Assembly (NCBI RefSeq): GCF_006345805.1
Contig: NC_042998.1
Location: forward strand, 5,394,001-5,458,000
Reading direction: 5' to 3'
DNA from: Octopus sinensis
Taxonomy: Eukaryota
Length of the DNA stretch: 64,000 nt
This document shows positions 51,685 through 64,000 of the stretch, one piece after another. Position 1 is the stretch's first letter, and each line of letters begins with the position of its first letter. Both the position numbers and the translations under genes were made by a program. The notes under the pieces are model-generated. The model did no database searches. It saw nothing but the letters and a program-made list of their open reading frames with translations, and was not told the origin of the DNA.

Positions 51685-52698
51685 TCTATGTGTGTGTATA
51701 TATATATGTATACATGTACAGAACAGACACGTGCATATATACAATCAAACATATATGGGTAATCACACGCATACATGCAAGCTTGTGCAAAACTTTCTCT
51801 TGCTTTTGTGAAAGAAGAGTTGTACAATGTGGTGAAAGGAAGAGCAATCAGGCTTTAGATTAGCTGTCACACATAAACTCATTATATTCTCTGTGTCGTT
51901 GATTGTGTGAAGAAAGGTTCTAATAACTCAATACCAGGTACTCTATGTATCTTATTGAGTCAATTCCCAACTGTAATTATCATGCCGTCTGCCAGACCTC
52001 CATAAAACAAGACCGTAAGCTATCGATTTAGTCACAGCCAACTTAGAAACTTATCTCTATTTGCTGATTCAGGTTTGTATTGATTTGTTGAGTGTTGTGT
52101 TTTGTTTAGTTTTTGTATTATTTGTTGTTTATCTGATGGTATTTTTTGTTGATATTATGGTTGAGTTGTTTGTTTGTTTTTTTGTTGTTTTTTTTGTTGT
52201 TTTTTTTTTGTGAGGTATTTTTTCGAGGATATTTATTTAATAATAATGTTATTATTATTCATTATTACTTTTGGACTTTCCAATGTGTTTTAATGTATAT
52301 ACCGTTGTGCGTGTGTGAGTATGCGTGAGTGTGTATGTGTGTGCGTAAGTGTGTGTGTAAAGATTTTAAAATATCCCACACTCACACTTGCACGCATACA
52401 AAGGAAGAGAAAAAGAAAGAAAGAAGGAAAGAAAGAAACAGCGAGGGAAACAAAGAAATTAAGAAAACAAAAAGATAGAAAAAGTGGGAGAGATGCCTAT
52501 GTATGATTATGTGTAAAATATTATTTCACAAATTTCGCCGGTTTTTTCTGAATGCAGGTAATCAATAGTTTCCTTAAACCCTAATTTTTTCTCTTCTGTA
52601 TAAAACTATGCATGTGAAAATAACATATGTAGGTATGTATTAATAGATACATCATTATTCATATTCACTCCAATTAAATCATTCATACATATATACAT

Positions 52699-52767
<69 letters not shown>

Positions 52768-52785
52768 TATATATAATATAAATAT

Positions 52786-52941
52786 AAGAGAGTGGCCACT
52801 ATATGGCTCACTCTAGCACCAGTTAATCCAAAAGGTTTCAACCACAAAAATACATGTTTCCCATGAAAGTCAGTACGATTGTTAGCTCACACGGACAGGG
52901 CAAATAAAAAATAACAAAAATACAGATTATTTTGGGACAAT
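52786..52941 (-). mobile_element. TA-embedded fragment related to 62791-63235
   Basis: Collinear motifs GAGAG..CCACTAT.TGG, TCC..AAAGG..TCAACCAC and AAATAAC.AAAATA.AGATT. (TA)n flanks. Confidence 0.6.
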
Positions 52942-52972
<31 letters not shown>

Positions 52973-53179
52973 ATGTATGTATGTGTGTGTATATGTGCAT
53001 GTGTGTGTATGTATGTATGCATGCATGCTACGGGTAACGTGTAACCCATTACAATTTGTCGCATGATTGGGTCATCTGCGACTATATTGGCAGCCCTACA
53101 GAAGTGCCAGGTAAGGAGGGTAGTTTTCGCTGGACACCCTGCTAAGTGAAAAAATAAAGGGTGACTGAACTTAATAGAA

Positions 53180-53387
53180 AATCCTGGAGAAGGACATCAT
53201 GCCCGGAATGGTCAGTGGCAAGAGACGAAGAGGCCGACCAAGAACCCGCTGGCTTGATACCATCAAGAGTGACACGGGAATGGCCATGGCCAATCTGAAA
53301 AAAGCGACCCGGGATAGAACTGGCTGGAGGACACTGCTCCAACGAGTAATCGAGAGTCGACTTCGACTGTGCGGATAGTTAGTTAGT
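53180..53387 (+). mobile_element. RTE LINE 3' end
   Basis: LEKDIMPGMVSGKRRRGRPRTRWLDTIKSDTG...RDRTGWRTLL...RLRLCG* followed by (TAGT)n. Confidence 0.88.
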
Positions 53388-53399
53388 ACTCTGTAGAGT

Positions 53400-54152
53400 C
53401 AACGGCCAGCCAACAGCTGTGAGTTAGAGGCCCATAGTCTTTGTTTAGGCATCATTCTATGAGAAAGAAAAAACTCTGATGTAGCGCGTGCGATTTCATT
53501 TATGTCCGATGATGTAAACTAGTTCTTTAGGGGCTAGAGAATGCGATGTTTAGAGAGTGGCATTGGCTCTGTGCAAGATCTTCCATAACTTTAAAAAGCT
53601 TCAGGCACAGGCATCACTTGAAAATTAACGTCTTTATTGTGTGCTGCATTCAATATCTGGCCACAGCCAAGTCATATCATACAAAGCACCAAATGAAAAT
53701 TCCATGATGAAATGAAGGCATGCGTCAGCGCGAGTGGCAAGCTCTCTCAACACCTGCTGCAAGAGGCGCCCGTCTTTTGTACATGCCTGTAAATGAGAAC
53801 AGGTTCCAGGCAGGATTGGAAAGGCACGAGGACGGTCAAACGATGATATTGTTCGATACTGAGTTGCAACCATTATGTATGCATGTTTGTATGTTTTTCT
53901 TTGGAATTTTTTAAGAGTCTCTCTTTTACAGTGTCAAAGCCGGTCACAAACAAAGAGACAAGGCTTTTTGTTTATGTCAAGACTTCTCTTAGAGTTTCTG
54001 AGTCTCTAAAAGGGTTGGTGTGAGCATATATTCTATATATATGCTTTTGTAGTATCTTCCATATGTTACGGCTTTTGTAGTATCTTCCACATGTTACGGC
54101 CAGCTTATTGTGTTAAAAACCCACTTGGATATGAATTAGGCAGAGCACTGTA
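53400..54152 (-). mobile_element. Decayed RTE RT-domain fragment
   Basis: Remnants resembling AFI/AFDT/LWKIL (54075-54150) and KDYGL (~53430). Confidence 0.55.
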
Positions 54153-54619
54153 TATTCTATATTTCGTGCACGTGAATAAGTGTGTTCGATTGCATAAATT
54201 AGCATTAATTTAGTACACTTTTTTTATACGCATGACACTTTTATACGTAAATGGGTTTGCGTCATTACTGTTTATGTGTGCATGTATGTATTCCATATAT
54301 GTATGAATATGTATGAAAGTGTCTGTGTGCGGTTCAGCTCAAACTTTCAAATAGAGAATTTTGGGAATGCTGAAGAAATTTCGTACCCCTGATTGAGTGT
54401 ATTTCGAGAATGCAAATCAATTTTCACAGTCACCCGGATATTTTTTTTTGTTTTTTGTTTTTACCAAAAATTCTAGTATTTCTAAACTTTCATGCAGGTC
54501 TATTGATACGTCACCCAGTGCACTTATGAAAATAAGTACAAATAATCACCTTTAAGGCGATGCCTCAGCATGGCCGCAGTCAAATTACTAAAACCAGTAA
54601 AAGAATAAAAGAACCTAGC

Positions 54620-56200
54620 TATAATAACTATTATGTTTTTCATTAGTTCTTGATAGATGTTCTTTGCCCAATCTTTTAAATGAGTTATTCACATCTGCCG
54701 GGTGGATGATCTCTATAACAGCGCATAACGTTTGATCCCGTTTCCACAATAATATCTGACTTGTGTCCTTACTTTAGGTCGCTGCTTTTACTGGAATATT
54801 TCACCAGTATTCTTTATCTTTAAATGTGCGTTTAATTTCTGGTTTGCTTTTGATATAGCCATCGGAACAATCCTGCCTATGTATACCGATATAGATATCT
54901 TAGCGATAATTCTATACATCATGGGAAGCTAGTGTCTTGAGGATATTTTTGAACAGCTGATGATATGGGTGATATCCTCCGTACTGGTATGACACAAGTG
55001 ACATTTTTTATCACAATGCGGAGGTCAAAAGGTATCATTATCTTCCTTACCGATTGGGTATTTAATAAATTCCTCCTGCTCTTGAACAAAGGCAGTAACC
55101 CTCAACATAAGATGTAATGTATTTATCGCAGTTCCAGGAGAGGCTAATACGTCTATCAATACTGTTCGTATTCTCTCGCTTGTGGAATATGTATGCATAC
55201 ATAGCTTTCTGCTAGTATGATGTATATTTCTCTCCCAAGTCTCTGCTTCAGTAAGTCAGATCAGCCGTCTGATGTTATTCCTTGTCTTTGCTGTTGAACA
55301 TATACGTGATATATTTGTTTCTTTCATAACACTTCAGTAGTCACTAAATGTCACAATGTGGAAAAAGACTGTTTAGATCGATCTTATATCCTTCCAGTGC
55401 AAAAGGATGGGATGTGAGTAATGTGTGGACCACACAGTCCAACCACTTTATGTGTTTTCTGTCAAGTTTACGGAACAGGGTATCCAGCTTCGTTAGCGTA
55501 AAGGGGGCCAAAACCTGTGCTACGCCACTGTGACACTGCTTCCATCGTTCCATCTAACATATTTTAATTTCTTTATTGCCCAGTCGACCTCGGCGGAATT
55601 TGAACTCAGAACGTAACGACAGACGAAATACCTATTTCTTTACTACCCACAAGGAGCTAAACACAGAGGGGACAAACAAGAACAGACAAACGGATTAAGT
55701 CAATTACATCGATCCCAGTGCGTTATTGGTACTTAATTTATCGACCCCGAAAGGATGAAAGGCAAAGTCGACCTCGGCAGAATTTGAACTCAGAACGTAA
55801 CGGCAGACGAAATACGGCTAAGCATTTCGCCCGGCGTGCTAACGTTTCTGCCAGTTCACCGCCTTAAACCATCTAACAGATTCTGTTAGTTCATTTCTGA
55901 TGAGGAAGTCACTAGTCGATGTTAGTATCTTTCTAGTTCTGATATCCAAGCTGCACACTTATTCAAGACTCCAGTCTAGTACCTCATATATTGGAACTAG
56001 CATCGAATTTGTTGAATGCAGACAGCTCTGACTTCCATACCTCTCGTAGTCTGCTGAAATATTTTATCCCTTTATCACTCTAGCTTTAATCGCAGCCCCG
56101 ACATATTCAATATTCTCAGTTCTGAGCTATTTGTAGGAATCATTACTCATGAATGAGAAAATAGAAAGACCACTCGTATCTACATTTCCTGTCTGGCCAA
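54620..56200 (-). mobile_element. Possible highly decayed non-LTR RT fragment
   Basis: Weak matches LPMMYRIIAK (~54900-54935) and DVNNSF (~54680-54700). Interrupted by a SINE. Confidence 0.35.
55565..55866 (-). mobile_element. SINE family A, young 1.7-mer with internal deletion
   Basis: Junction near 55633. Candidate TSD CCATCTAACA at 55550-55559 and 55869-55878. Confidence 0.85.
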
Positions 56201-56477
56201 CGATCTTATCGTTTAACTTCGAAATGGAATGGTGGAAGCACTCCGTCGGTTACGACGATGAGGGTTCCGGTTGATCCGAATCAACGGATATTTTAATTAT
56301 TATACAATATTACTCTTTTATGTACACTTTTTTATGTACATTCCTTTACGTACACTGATTTGTTCTGCTTTTTATATTTAACCCTACAGTCTCTTATGTG
56401 GTGGTTTAATAAAGTATGTGATTGAGTATTATCTGGTAATTGATATTTGATTTAGATGTATTTCTCCATTTTCTTAT

Positions 56478-56535
<58 letters not shown>

Positions 56536-56545
56536 CGTGTGTATG

Positions 56546-56577
<32 letters not shown>

Positions 56578-56615
56578 CGTGTGTGTATATATCTATCTAT
56601 CTATCTATCTCTCTC

Positions 56616-56677
<62 letters not shown>

Positions 56678-56681
<4 letters not shown>

Positions 56682-56867
56682 TCTTTATTTCCCACTAGGG
56701 GCTAAACATAGAGGGGACAAACAAAGACAAAGAGATTAAGTCGATTACATCGACCCCAGTGCGTAACTAGTACTTATTTAATCGACCCCGAAAGGATGAA
56801 AGGCAAAGTCGACTTCGGCGAAATTTGAACTCAGAACGTAGCAGCAGACGAAATAGCGCTAAGCATT

Positions 56868-56868
<1 letters not shown>
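56678..56868 (-). mobile_element. SINE family A, young tail, 5'-truncated, between TA/TG microsatellites
   Basis: Tail and central domain intact. Confidence 0.85.
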
Positions 56869-56905
<37 letters not shown>

Positions 56906-57929
56906 TGTACGTATGTACGTATGTATATATATGCATACATGCTTAGAGGCGGCGTTGAGGCGTCGTCATGTCACGCTGCACGCCTAGGTCACACTGAACC
57001 AGGTGGAGCCATCCTACTCTAAGTAAGATCACAGCCACCAATTTCTTCTAAAGAGACAGAAATACAGGCAGACATACAGATTAACCCCAAAACTGCACTG
57101 GTTCTTTATTTAACGTGCATTGAGCTGTTGACTTCCCCCAAGAGATTTCGGTTTTTGTAATTTTTGGCACCAAAGAAAAATTCTACGTCACACGTGTTTT
57201 GATATGTTTTCTATATACTCGGGTTCTGCAAATATTCTTTTGATCTACCAGTCTCAATATGTTCATCTTTATTTGATGTTATTCTTTTGCTATCTTATAC
57301 AATTCTACATATTGCTGTTGCATCATACTTTATGGGAAGATATTATGCTTGCGTGTGTATACATATGTATATATGTTCATATGCATGCATATAGGTATGT
57401 ACGCATACATGTACCTCCAGAGTAACTGGCCAGTGGATCAGGATATATAAATACATATATATATACACATATAAACATACATACACACATATATATTTTT
57501 ATATAAACACGTCTATACACACATATATATATACATATATATGCATACACACTCACATAAATATATGTATATATTCACGCATATGTGTGTATGTATGTAT
57601 TTATATAAACATATAAGATCAAAGTATTGCATATTTGTGTGTGTGTGCATATATATGCAGAAAGGGAGAAAAGAGAGCGAGAGAGAAAGAAGAGAGAGAA
57701 AAAGATGTATATATCTGTCGATTTAACATAGTCGCCATCATGATCACAGCCATTATAATCTTCGTGTTTGCAGTCCATTTTGATATTAACAACTTTCTAA
57801 TGAAGTTTATATTTCAGGGCATTGAACTTTCTGCTGTTTATTAAAACGATGTTTTGACGTCTCTTGGAAAACTCTGTGTTTTTTGTTTTTGCTTTTGGTG
57901 TTTTTTGTCTTGTTTTTGCTTTTTGTTCT

Positions 57930-60790
57930 TTTGCCGTTAAGATGCATCTGTGAAGTGTGCTTTTCATCTTATCTCCATGATAGCCTTTACACTTTTTTCT
58001 CTTTGTTTTATCTTCAATATATTCTGACATCACAGTTTTACTGCTAGCACATCTTTTGATCAAAAGCTTTGTCAACTATTGCCGGTTTTCCGTCGATATC
58101 GATGGTTGAACGTTCATATGTAAAATCTCGAGTCGAAATACATAAAATAAGACGTTTTCCTTCACAGATCTCTGTGAACCAAACTGATTATATTGTTCAT
58201 AGCATTAAAATGGCTTGCCCACTTCTTGCCTTCGATGATGAGGGACTCAGAATGAACTGCTACCACTTTCTTATGTCAGGGTTTGTCTTCTGATAGAGAA
58301 TTTCTGTCTTAAGAAATTTGTAGCTATACCAACGGAAGAATCCACCTGGTTCAGTACAGAATCTGTTGTCTGGGAGAGATGGGTCCAATCACTAGCAAAT
58401 AGCATTTCTCTCATTAGCATGTGTTATTTAACCATAATTTCGAGGGGTGACAGCTTTACTAGATTAGCCTCAGCTCTTTTCTACATATATACGCCTTCAG
58501 TTGAGCTGCAGATTGCCTTCTCGTCCTGCTTCAATCCTTCATGCCAGAGGCTCGATTTTAAGAGCTTCCTGATAGCCAAGCGTTTGTAGTATCTTCCACA
58601 TGTTACGGCCAACTTATTGTGTTAAAAACCCGCATTTCTAGTGTCATTCCACACATATGGGTTCCGGGTTCAGTCCCACTGCGTGGCATCTTGGGCAAGT
58701 GTCTTCTGCTATAGCCCCGGGCCGACCAATGCCTTGTGAGTGGATTTGGTAGACGGAAACTGAAAGAAGCCTGTCGTTTATATGTATGTATATATATATA
58801 TATATGTGTGTGTATGTGTTTGTGTATCTGTATTTGTCCCCCTAGCATTGCTTGACAACCGATGCAGGTGTGTTTACGTCCCCGGTTCGGCAAAAGAGAG
58901 CGATAGAATAAGTACTAGGCTTACAAAGAATAAGTCCCGGGGTCGATTTGCTCGACTAAAGGCGGTGCTCCAGCATGGCCGTAGTCAAATGACTGAAACA
59001 AGTAAAAGAGTAAAGAGAGTAATATCATTTGGATATGAATAAGGCAGAACACCGTATAAAAGATGTTTCTTCGCCTTTTAAATCCTCGACAAAAGTAAGA
59101 CTACTATGATTTTCTTAGTGATCAACACTTTCTCTAGGATTTTCCCGGAAAATTCCTCGATATTTCGCCGCATTCATTCCAATCACCTTTCTCAAATTAC
59201 GGAGCCCTGCTAACACATTTTCAGTCTTTCGAGACATCGCCAGCCTCCCACGCTTCCAACATCAATTATTGGCGACATCTAATAAGTGTTTTTATTTCAT
59301 TTATTCACATTTCTTATGTGCTCACGAACACTCTTGTTGCTTTTCTAATGACCTGGTTGTAACCAATAACCCCTCTACACTCGACGTATCATCTTTTGAT
59401 ATAACAGTGGTGTGATACGTTGTATTTTCCGGATTTCTCGCACAACGTGTCCTGGTACGCTGCGCATTTGGTGGAAGAGCTCTACGCATCCTTCATACTG
59501 GCATAGAAGTTCTTCGTGTCTTTGAAGCCAGAAGAAGCTTGTAGCTCTAGTTCCCACTTCTCTAACTTCATCATACCAGTGTAATGTTGTTGTTATCTCT
59601 GAATTTAGCAAAGCTGAAATGATTGTCTGGAAACGCTTCTGTCGAACACTTTTGCGTTATTTACCAGTGAAATAAGAATCCTCACAATTGTGCCAGTCAT
59701 AGTATATTCTTTTTCGTTACCTCAACAATGTTCTAGTTGTTTCATATATTCTAGGGCGAGGACTATTTTGCTTTTATACCACTTGTTTTGTGTTGTATTT
59801 CCCACATCTCCAAAGCATTATCTATATAATATTCTAATATAACATCTACTTTATTATCAATCAATTTTCTTTTCGCTAAATAAATGGATTGGGAAGGTCT
59901 TATCTTGTGTCGTTTGGAATTTAGCGTGATGGCTATCTACGATCGAAGCATCTAGTAGCTTGTGATATAGTTTTCTCTCTCATTGCCCATGTAATGTATA
60001 TATCACCTCTATCTTACTGCCTTGTATAATGTAATATTGGGATTCAGTTCTTTGAGAGACAGTTCATCCAAATCACTTCGTTATTTCTTCTGATTGACAA
60101 CAATTCTGATAATGATGAAGTTCTACTCGGAATATAAAGTGAGGCTAGGTTCCTAATTGATTTGTACGTCCTTTCTCCATGTCTTTTAACCACAGTGGAA
60201 AACTTTTCTACTTGTTGTTTAATGCGGGCAATGAAGCTGCCCATTATTAACAGCTTGTCTCTTTGTACCATATTGCTTTAGTCATTTTCAGAGTACTATA
60301 GAAGTCCTCCTTTGCACTACCAGAGTTGATCGTTGCAGAAGCGTCAACATAAATATGATATAGCATACCTTCGGCCATTTGTTGTGGTTATTTCCTGATC
60401 TAAGTTTGCAATAATACGCTTTTTTATTGTAAAGCCAACATCGGATATGCATCTCTGCTCTACTGATTGCTCATTCAAATTAATTTAATTCATTGCAATG
60501 AATAAATTAAATATTGGGGTCTGTAGTTGTTGCTGTTTGAACTACATGTATTTCTGGTTGTCTAAATGTACTCTGACATTTTTGTCTCACAAAGTGTAGT
60601 TCTTTTTGCTTCAATATCTCGAACATGGTGTGCTTCTCTGAGTGATCAGTTTTTCTACTGTTTATTAACGATCTCACATTCAAATGAAATAGATAACGAT
60701 TTCTTGTGTATCTTCATTGATGATCGGCGCTCGGGAGAGCCAACGGGATCCTTGATCTTTGCTAACCCGGCGGTGATCGATCCAGTATAC
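57930..60790 (-). mobile_element. Decayed RTE (BovB-like) LINE, APE and RT regions
   Basis: RDKLLIMGSF (cf. DKLxxLGDFN), IWMNCLSK (cf. TWMHPRSK), WKILQTLG, LMREMLFASD (cf. LLFADD) and KTEILYQ. Interrupted by SINE B. Confidence 0.78.
58655..59020 (+). mobile_element. SINE family B, 5'-truncated
   Basis: GGTTCCGGGTTCAGTCCC ... AAGTAAAAGAGTAAAGAGAG. Confidence 0.87.
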
Positions 60791-61514
60791 TTTAACCTTT
60801 TAATATAATTTCATAGGGCTTCTTTTAAATTTAAATTAGTGTCATTTCCTTAATGAGTCGTATTATACTGACAGGGTCAAGTTAAATTTGAGAGACGGAA
60901 ATTTTGCAGACGGTTACCAGATTTTTGGATAGGGGAATAGGATGGTAAAAATTCGGTGCATTAGACGATCATGCAGTATGATATTATGATGTGCCTTCAT
61001 TGTTTCTCTTTGTGCATAACGTAATTCACTTTTACCTTCCTCGCACCCAAAGTTAAAAACGTTTCTAACAGACATGGTAAGGCACTAATCTTTAAAGGTT
61101 TTGGACAATAAAATCAACGTAAACCATTAGGGATTCATGCTTTACCATATACCCACATGACATGACTGAGCCAAATAATAAATGAAAGCAATTTTATCAA
61201 CACACTCGCACCAATAGCACTGGAAGTAGTTCTTTCATAAACTGAATATTGTGAGGAATTTTTTATTTCTTCTTTTAGCTCGTTCGATACTTTCCAAGTT
61301 GAATATATTGTCCCCGTTCTAATAATCCATTGTTATTGACATTTGGAAACCTATCTCAGATATAAGATCGTGTATTGCTTTGCCTTCACACCAATATCTG
61401 TTTAATTTCATATATGCATGCTTATATACAGTATTCATACATAATATACATAATATATATAGAGAGGGAGAGAGAGAAGGCGGAAGAGAGAGTATCATAC
61501 CTATCTATCTGTCC

Positions 61515-61556
<42 letters not shown>

Positions 61557-62039
61557 ATATATATATATATATATACATATATACATATGTGTGTGTGTGT
61601 ATAATGCAGACATATAAATATAATACGTGTAAAAATAATATTCATATACAAGGCATATGACATTTATTTCGGAAGACATATTGAATATTGTACAGTATTC
61701 ATACAAAAAAAATATCTTTATCTATACCAGAAGAGACAGATATGGAGTCTTTTTGTGTATGTGAGAATCAGTATTCATTAATGGGTTATTAGCCCAATTG
61801 AGTTCAGAGATAGAAAACAGTTGAGACCGTCTTGCTCATGTCGCTACAAATTTAGTTTACTCTTTTAGCAGAGGAAATAAGACATCTTCAATTTGTAACC
61901 AAATCGTAGACGAAGTGGTTCGATTTCTTGAGTGGAGTGTGTTTCGTACTTTGCTTCAATCACCGTGATGTATATCTGATTGATTTATCATACTACATAC
62001 ATATGTAACAAACATACATACATTCATACATACATGAAT

Positions 62040-62136
62040 ACATGTATAAATTTATATATATATACATATATATATATATGTGTGGTGTGTGTGTGTGTGT
62101 ATGTATATATATATGTATATATATGTATATATATAT

Positions 62137-62171
<35 letters not shown>

Positions 62172-62249
62172 GTATACATATATATATATGTATATATATA
62201 TAGTATTATATATATATATATGTATATATATATATGTGTGTATATATAT

Positions 62250-62340
<91 letters not shown>
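62040..62340. repeat. (TA)n/(TG)n microsatellite (similar tracts at ~34900-35270, 41755-41865, 51445-51710, 52685-52785, 56480-56677)
   Basis: Direct reading. Confidence 0.92.
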
Positions 62341-62341
<1 letters not shown>

Positions 62342-62790
62342 GTATTGCTCCTATGACATTCATATGTCACATTCTTCATTCTTCAAGTGCTTTTTCATAA
62401 AACTGATTTGTTGTCTGACATTATTATAACCAAATAACATCCCTACAATCTATTAGTTAATCTCTCTTAACATTTTTTAAAGTAGATTGATGGATCGTCT
62501 CTGGCAATGTCCTGAGTCTAAAAGTGGTAGTAACATTCAAGCAGACATTCATGGCATTGATTTTTCATTTCTACCTTATATCTGATAGTTGCTAAGTTAC
62601 AATTTTAATTACTCTATTATTACCATTCAAAAAAAATATAAAATCAAAACTAGACTATACCAAAATATACTGATTTACGCATTGTTCTTATTTTGACATC
62701 GTAAGTTACACGAGTTGGTGCAAAAACAAATAACACCGTACAGGAAGCTGTCACTTTCGAGTGTTTATAGCTTTATATATATATATATAC

Positions 62791-63235
62791 AACTATGAGA
62801 GAGAATCCACTATGTGGACGCTCTTACGCTAGATATAGATCCGCAAAGGGACTCAACCACTAAGAATTGTTCTCAAGAAATAATTCAGCACACCAAGAAC
62901 GTAAGCGAGCAGGACAAATGAAAAATAACGAAAATATAGATTAACCCCATACAATTGTTTCACCGTTAATAAATTATGTAAGTTTACTTACATAAATATC
63001 CTCGGATCATCGGTGGAGTACGTCATAAAATATAATTTGTTTAAATTGGTGTTATTGAATTAATATCCAATTTTTTCACCCTCTTTTTGACTTTAATTAT
63101 AAATTAATATGTTCTCAAACCGGCGTATTTAGCGCGCCAGAACGAGGGCATTTGAATGTAACTGTGAATATAATCGGCCGAACTGTTCATGTCTCTGACC
63201 TCGTGTTAATATATGGCGTGCAGTTCGACAAATTA
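62791..63235 (-). mobile_element. TA-embedded putative Penelope-like terminal repeat with hammerhead-like motif
   Basis: (TA)n on both sides, hammerhead fold at 62945-63018, related fragment at 52786. Confidence 0.62.
62945..63018 (-). ncRNA. Type-I hammerhead-ribozyme-like motif with extended stem II
   Basis: CUCCA-CCGAUGA-UCCG[..UUAUGUAAGU AA ACUUACAUAA..]CGGU-GAA-ACAAUUGU-A-UGGGG: stem I CUCCA/UGGGG, palindromic stem III, GUA cleavage triplet. Confidence 0.65.
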
Positions 63236-63269
63236 TATATAATATATATATATATATCGTCTCGACTTA

Positions 63270-64000
63270 ACAGCCCTCATCGTTTGTTTTTACTGTGTTA
63301 TTCTCCTTGTCCTGTCTTTTACTGATTTTATTTGTAATAGTTTTACTGTCTTGTTTTGTTTTTACTGTCCTGTTCTTGTTACCACTTTTACCCCTCCGCA
63401 AAAAATCCCTAATCTTATTTAATTTGCTTTGCGGGAAGGACTGTTTCAACGAAGTCGCGTCTTGTTCTTACCTTCGTCACGCGGAGTAGCCGAAACAGAA
63501 ACTATTCATTAGTGAATAGTTTCTGCTTTGTTATTTACCCGCAACTTCCTCACACTTGTCACTGAAATTACGGGATATATGGACCAATAAGTTATATTCC
63601 TACTGCAGGTTCGATTGGTTTCGAGTATCTGGCTATGGAGAATACTCTCTGAAATACTAAAGAAAGAATTTGAATAGCCACAATCCTTTCGATCACATTT
63701 GCATTGTAACGATTTTTCTTCAAGGGGTCGCAAAAGCTGGTTACGTATTCAAAAGTCAACTATACTGCACCGGGAATTTGTGTCCTGCACTAGTAGTTCC
63801 TCAATTTCGTTTTGTGGTCTCTAGCAATAATCTTGTTGAGCGCAGTTTGTCCGCGACTAGAAGTGATATGGCCTCGTGTTCAGTATAATAGCAATGCCTA
63901 CCATGTGCCAAGAGACATTAGTTGGGAGGAATGGAATGTGTTCATGAATCTCCCGCTTGGATTTGTCCTCACACCATAACATAACATATTCTTATATAAT
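63270..64000 (-). mobile_element. Decayed Penelope-like element, GIY-YIG region
   Basis: Frameshifted remnants resembling CxCR...CPL...NVIY...YIG...SF. Heavily degenerate. Confidence 0.5.

Noticed and set aside
51237-51827. YI-repeat ORFs (also ~34000-36200, 56440-56739, 61980-62429)
   Set aside because: (TA)n and (TG)n translations.

Overview
AT-rich, repeat-saturated eukaryotic DNA, intergenic or deep intronic. The SINE and microsatellite make-up resembles an octopod cephalopod genome (inference from repeat style, not verified). No host protein-coding exon, rRNA, intact tRNA or CRISPR array can be supported, and almost all listed ORFs are microsatellite or SINE read-throughs. The window contains several tRNA-headed SINE families (labelled A-E here), decayed non-LTR retrotransposons (L1/Tx1-like, RTE, R4/Dong-like, Hero-like, Penelope-like), two copies of a non-autonomous Helitron, a Helentron-like element and many microsatellites. 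The most interesting signal is a set of short non-coding elements sitting inside (TA)n tracts that carry type-I hammerhead-ribozyme-like folds with non-canonical cores (CCGANGA, CUGUNGA). Some are in tandem, one lies next to a Penelope-like GIY-YIG remnant, and spacer-less palindromes occur in the same TA context. Also notable: strand-polarised SINE and R4 nests in (TAA)n, a fixed SINE-in-SINE junction seen six times, and unusually long (160-200 bp) duplications flanking a Helitron and a SINE. Coordinates were read by eye, and boundaries of decayed elements are approximate.
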